Of a stretch of 24,000 nucleotides of DNA, positions 23,095 to 24,000 are shown in pieces. The first letter of the stretch is position 1, and each line of letters opens with the position of its first letter. The notes below the pieces were generated by a model. That model did not search any database. It saw nothing but the letters and a program-made list of their open reading frames with translations, and was not told where the DNA came from. The DNA comes from Dendrosporobacter sp. 1207_IL3150. Lineage in GTDB: Bacteria > Bacillota > Negativicutes > DSM-1736 > Dendrosporobacteraceae. A program made the position numbers and the translations under genes. Location: the NCBI RefSeq assembly GCF_036763085.1, contig NZ_JBAIYU010000014.1:48306-72305 (forward strand), given 5' to 3'.

Positions 23095-23895
23095 GTGAAA
23101 AAAGAACGTTTAGATGTTTTACTCGTTGAAAAAAAACTTGTACCTAGCAGAGAAAGGGCTAAGGCCTGTATAATGGCCGGCTTAGTATTTGTTGATGGAC
23201 AAAAAATTGATAAAGCAGGAACAATGGTGCCGGCTGCGGCTAATATAACCGTTTCAGGCGACAGTATTGGATACGTAAGCCGCGGCGGGTTAAAATTAGC
23301 AAAAGCAATTGATGCCTTTGAACTTATTTTAGATGGTAAAATAGTAGCCGATATAGGCGCGTCCACAGGTGGATTTACTGACTGTGCCCTTAAGAATGGA
23401 GCTGTACGCGTATATGCGGTTGACGTAGGATACGGTCAATTGGCTTGGTCACTTAGAACTGACAGTCGTGTAGTCAACATGGAGAGAACAAACATTCGCA
23501 ATGTTACGCCAGAGGATATTGGGGTTCCGATAGATTTTGCTTGTATTGATGTAGCATTCATTTCGTTGGATAAAGTACTTCCTTCTGTTAAAAGGCTGCT
23601 GAAAGCTGGCGGTGAAATTGTGGCATTAATTAAGCCCCAATTTGAAGCAGGACGTGAAAAGGTTGGTAAAAAAGGGGTTGTCAGGGACCCGTTAGTCCAT
23701 AAGGAAGTTATTATGAAGGTGCTTGCAAGCTGTCGTAAGCTTGAACTTACTCCATTGAAACTTAGTTATTCTCCTATCAAAGGTCCTGAAGGTAATATTG
23801 AATATCTAGCTTATCTGACGAACTCGGTTGTCGACGATATTATAAATGAGCAATTTATTGAACAAATCGTAGGGGAAGCACATACGGGTTTATAG
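23095..23895 (+). CDS. tlyA: TlyA family rRNA (cytidine-2'-O)-methyltransferase
   Basis: An S4-like N-terminus (KKERLDVLLVEKKLVPSRERAKACIMAGLVFVDG) is followed by an FtsJ-type SAM site (DIGASTGGFTDCAL). GTG 23095 lies 6 nt after GGTGA and gives the usual MKKERLD start. The track start at 23086 (a GTGA overlap with the dxs stop) is the alternative. Confidence 0.9.
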   Translation: MKKERLDVLLVEKKLVPSRERAKACIMAGLVFVDGQKIDKAGTMVPAAANITVSGDSIGYVSRGGLKLAKAIDAFELILDGKIVADIGASTGGFTDCALKNGAVRVYAVDVGYGQLAWSLRTDSRVVNMERTNIRNVTPEDIGVPIDFACIDVAFISLDKVLPSVKRLLKAGGEIVALIKPQFEAGREKVGKKGVVRDPLVHKEVIMKVLASCRKLELTPLKLSYSPIKGPEGNIEYLAYLTNSVVDDIINEQFIEQIVGEAHTGL

Positions 23896-23963
23896 TACCA
23901 GAATAGTATTGTAGTGGTGAGCTGTTTACTGTAGTCTGCAGGGCAGATTTGGAGGGTAATGCC

Positions 23964-24000
23964 GTGAGAATAATTGGTATCTTTCCTAATTCAAGCAAAC
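23964..24000 (+). CDS. 5' end of an NAD kinase-like gene (truncated by the window edge)
   Basis: GGAGGG (23951-23956) lies 7 nt before GTG 23964. The 12 visible codons, MRIIGIFPNSSK, look like the NadK N-terminus, and tlyA-nadK-argR-recN is the common clostridial order. The visible sequence is too short to be sure. Confidence 0.3.
   Translation, partial: MRIIGIFPNSSK

Noticed and set aside
23046-23366. 106-aa minus-strand ORF across the dxs/tlyA junction
   Set aside because: It is antisense to two strongly supported genes and is a shadow frame.
1-24000. Search for CRISPR arrays, IS or transposon ends, integrases, long direct or inverted repeats, tRNA/rRNA, riboswitch-like leaders and defence or toxin-antitoxin cassettes
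   Set aside because: Reading by eye on both strands found none. Every ORF over 60 aa on the coding strand has a housekeeping or sporulation assignment or is a small conserved unknown. Composition and strand bias are uniform. A computational repeat and Rfam scan would be needed to exclude small elements.

Overview
This is a gene-dense, low-GC core-chromosome segment from an endospore-forming Firmicute (Clostridia- or Negativicutes-like; the taxon cannot be fixed from the sequence alone). I support 38 CDS, all on the + strand. Many junctions are tightly coupled (TAATG, ATGA, TAGTG and GTGA overlaps, or 1-nt gaps). About 11 starts are GTG or TTG. Gene order: ireB, aldo/keto-reductase-ferredoxin fusion, ruvX, DUF1292, mltG, trmR-like O-methyltransferase, U32 (TrhP-like), DUF4911-like, class B PBP, aroQ, Xaa-Pro aminopeptidase, efp, acidic zinc-ribbon protein, complete spoIIIAA-AH operon, asp23-amaP-DUF2273, nusB, TsaD/Kae1-like paralog, an untracked 48-aa membrane peptide, xseA, xseB, ispA, DUF212/divergent PAP2, dxs, tlyA, and the first codons of a nadK-like gene. 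Five good intrinsic terminators and a few sigma-A-like promoters divide these into transcription units. I saw no rRNA, tRNA, CRISPR array, transposase, integrase, long repeats, compositional island or recognisable defence or toxin cassette. My honest reading is that this is an ordinary, strongly syntenic housekeeping and sporulation region, not an accessory island. The items most worth a second look are: (1) the orphan TsaD-family paralog coupled to nusB; (2) a self-contained acidic zinc-ribbon gene between efp and spoIIIA; (3) a perfect 12-bp inverted repeat that brackets the SD and buries the start codon of the PBP gene; (4) the trmR-U32-DUF4911 module; (5) the uncharacterised PAP2-like membrane protein between ispA and dxs; (6) two small unannotated elements in the largest intergenic gaps. 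All family assignments rest on motif recognition and remembered synteny. No database search was run.
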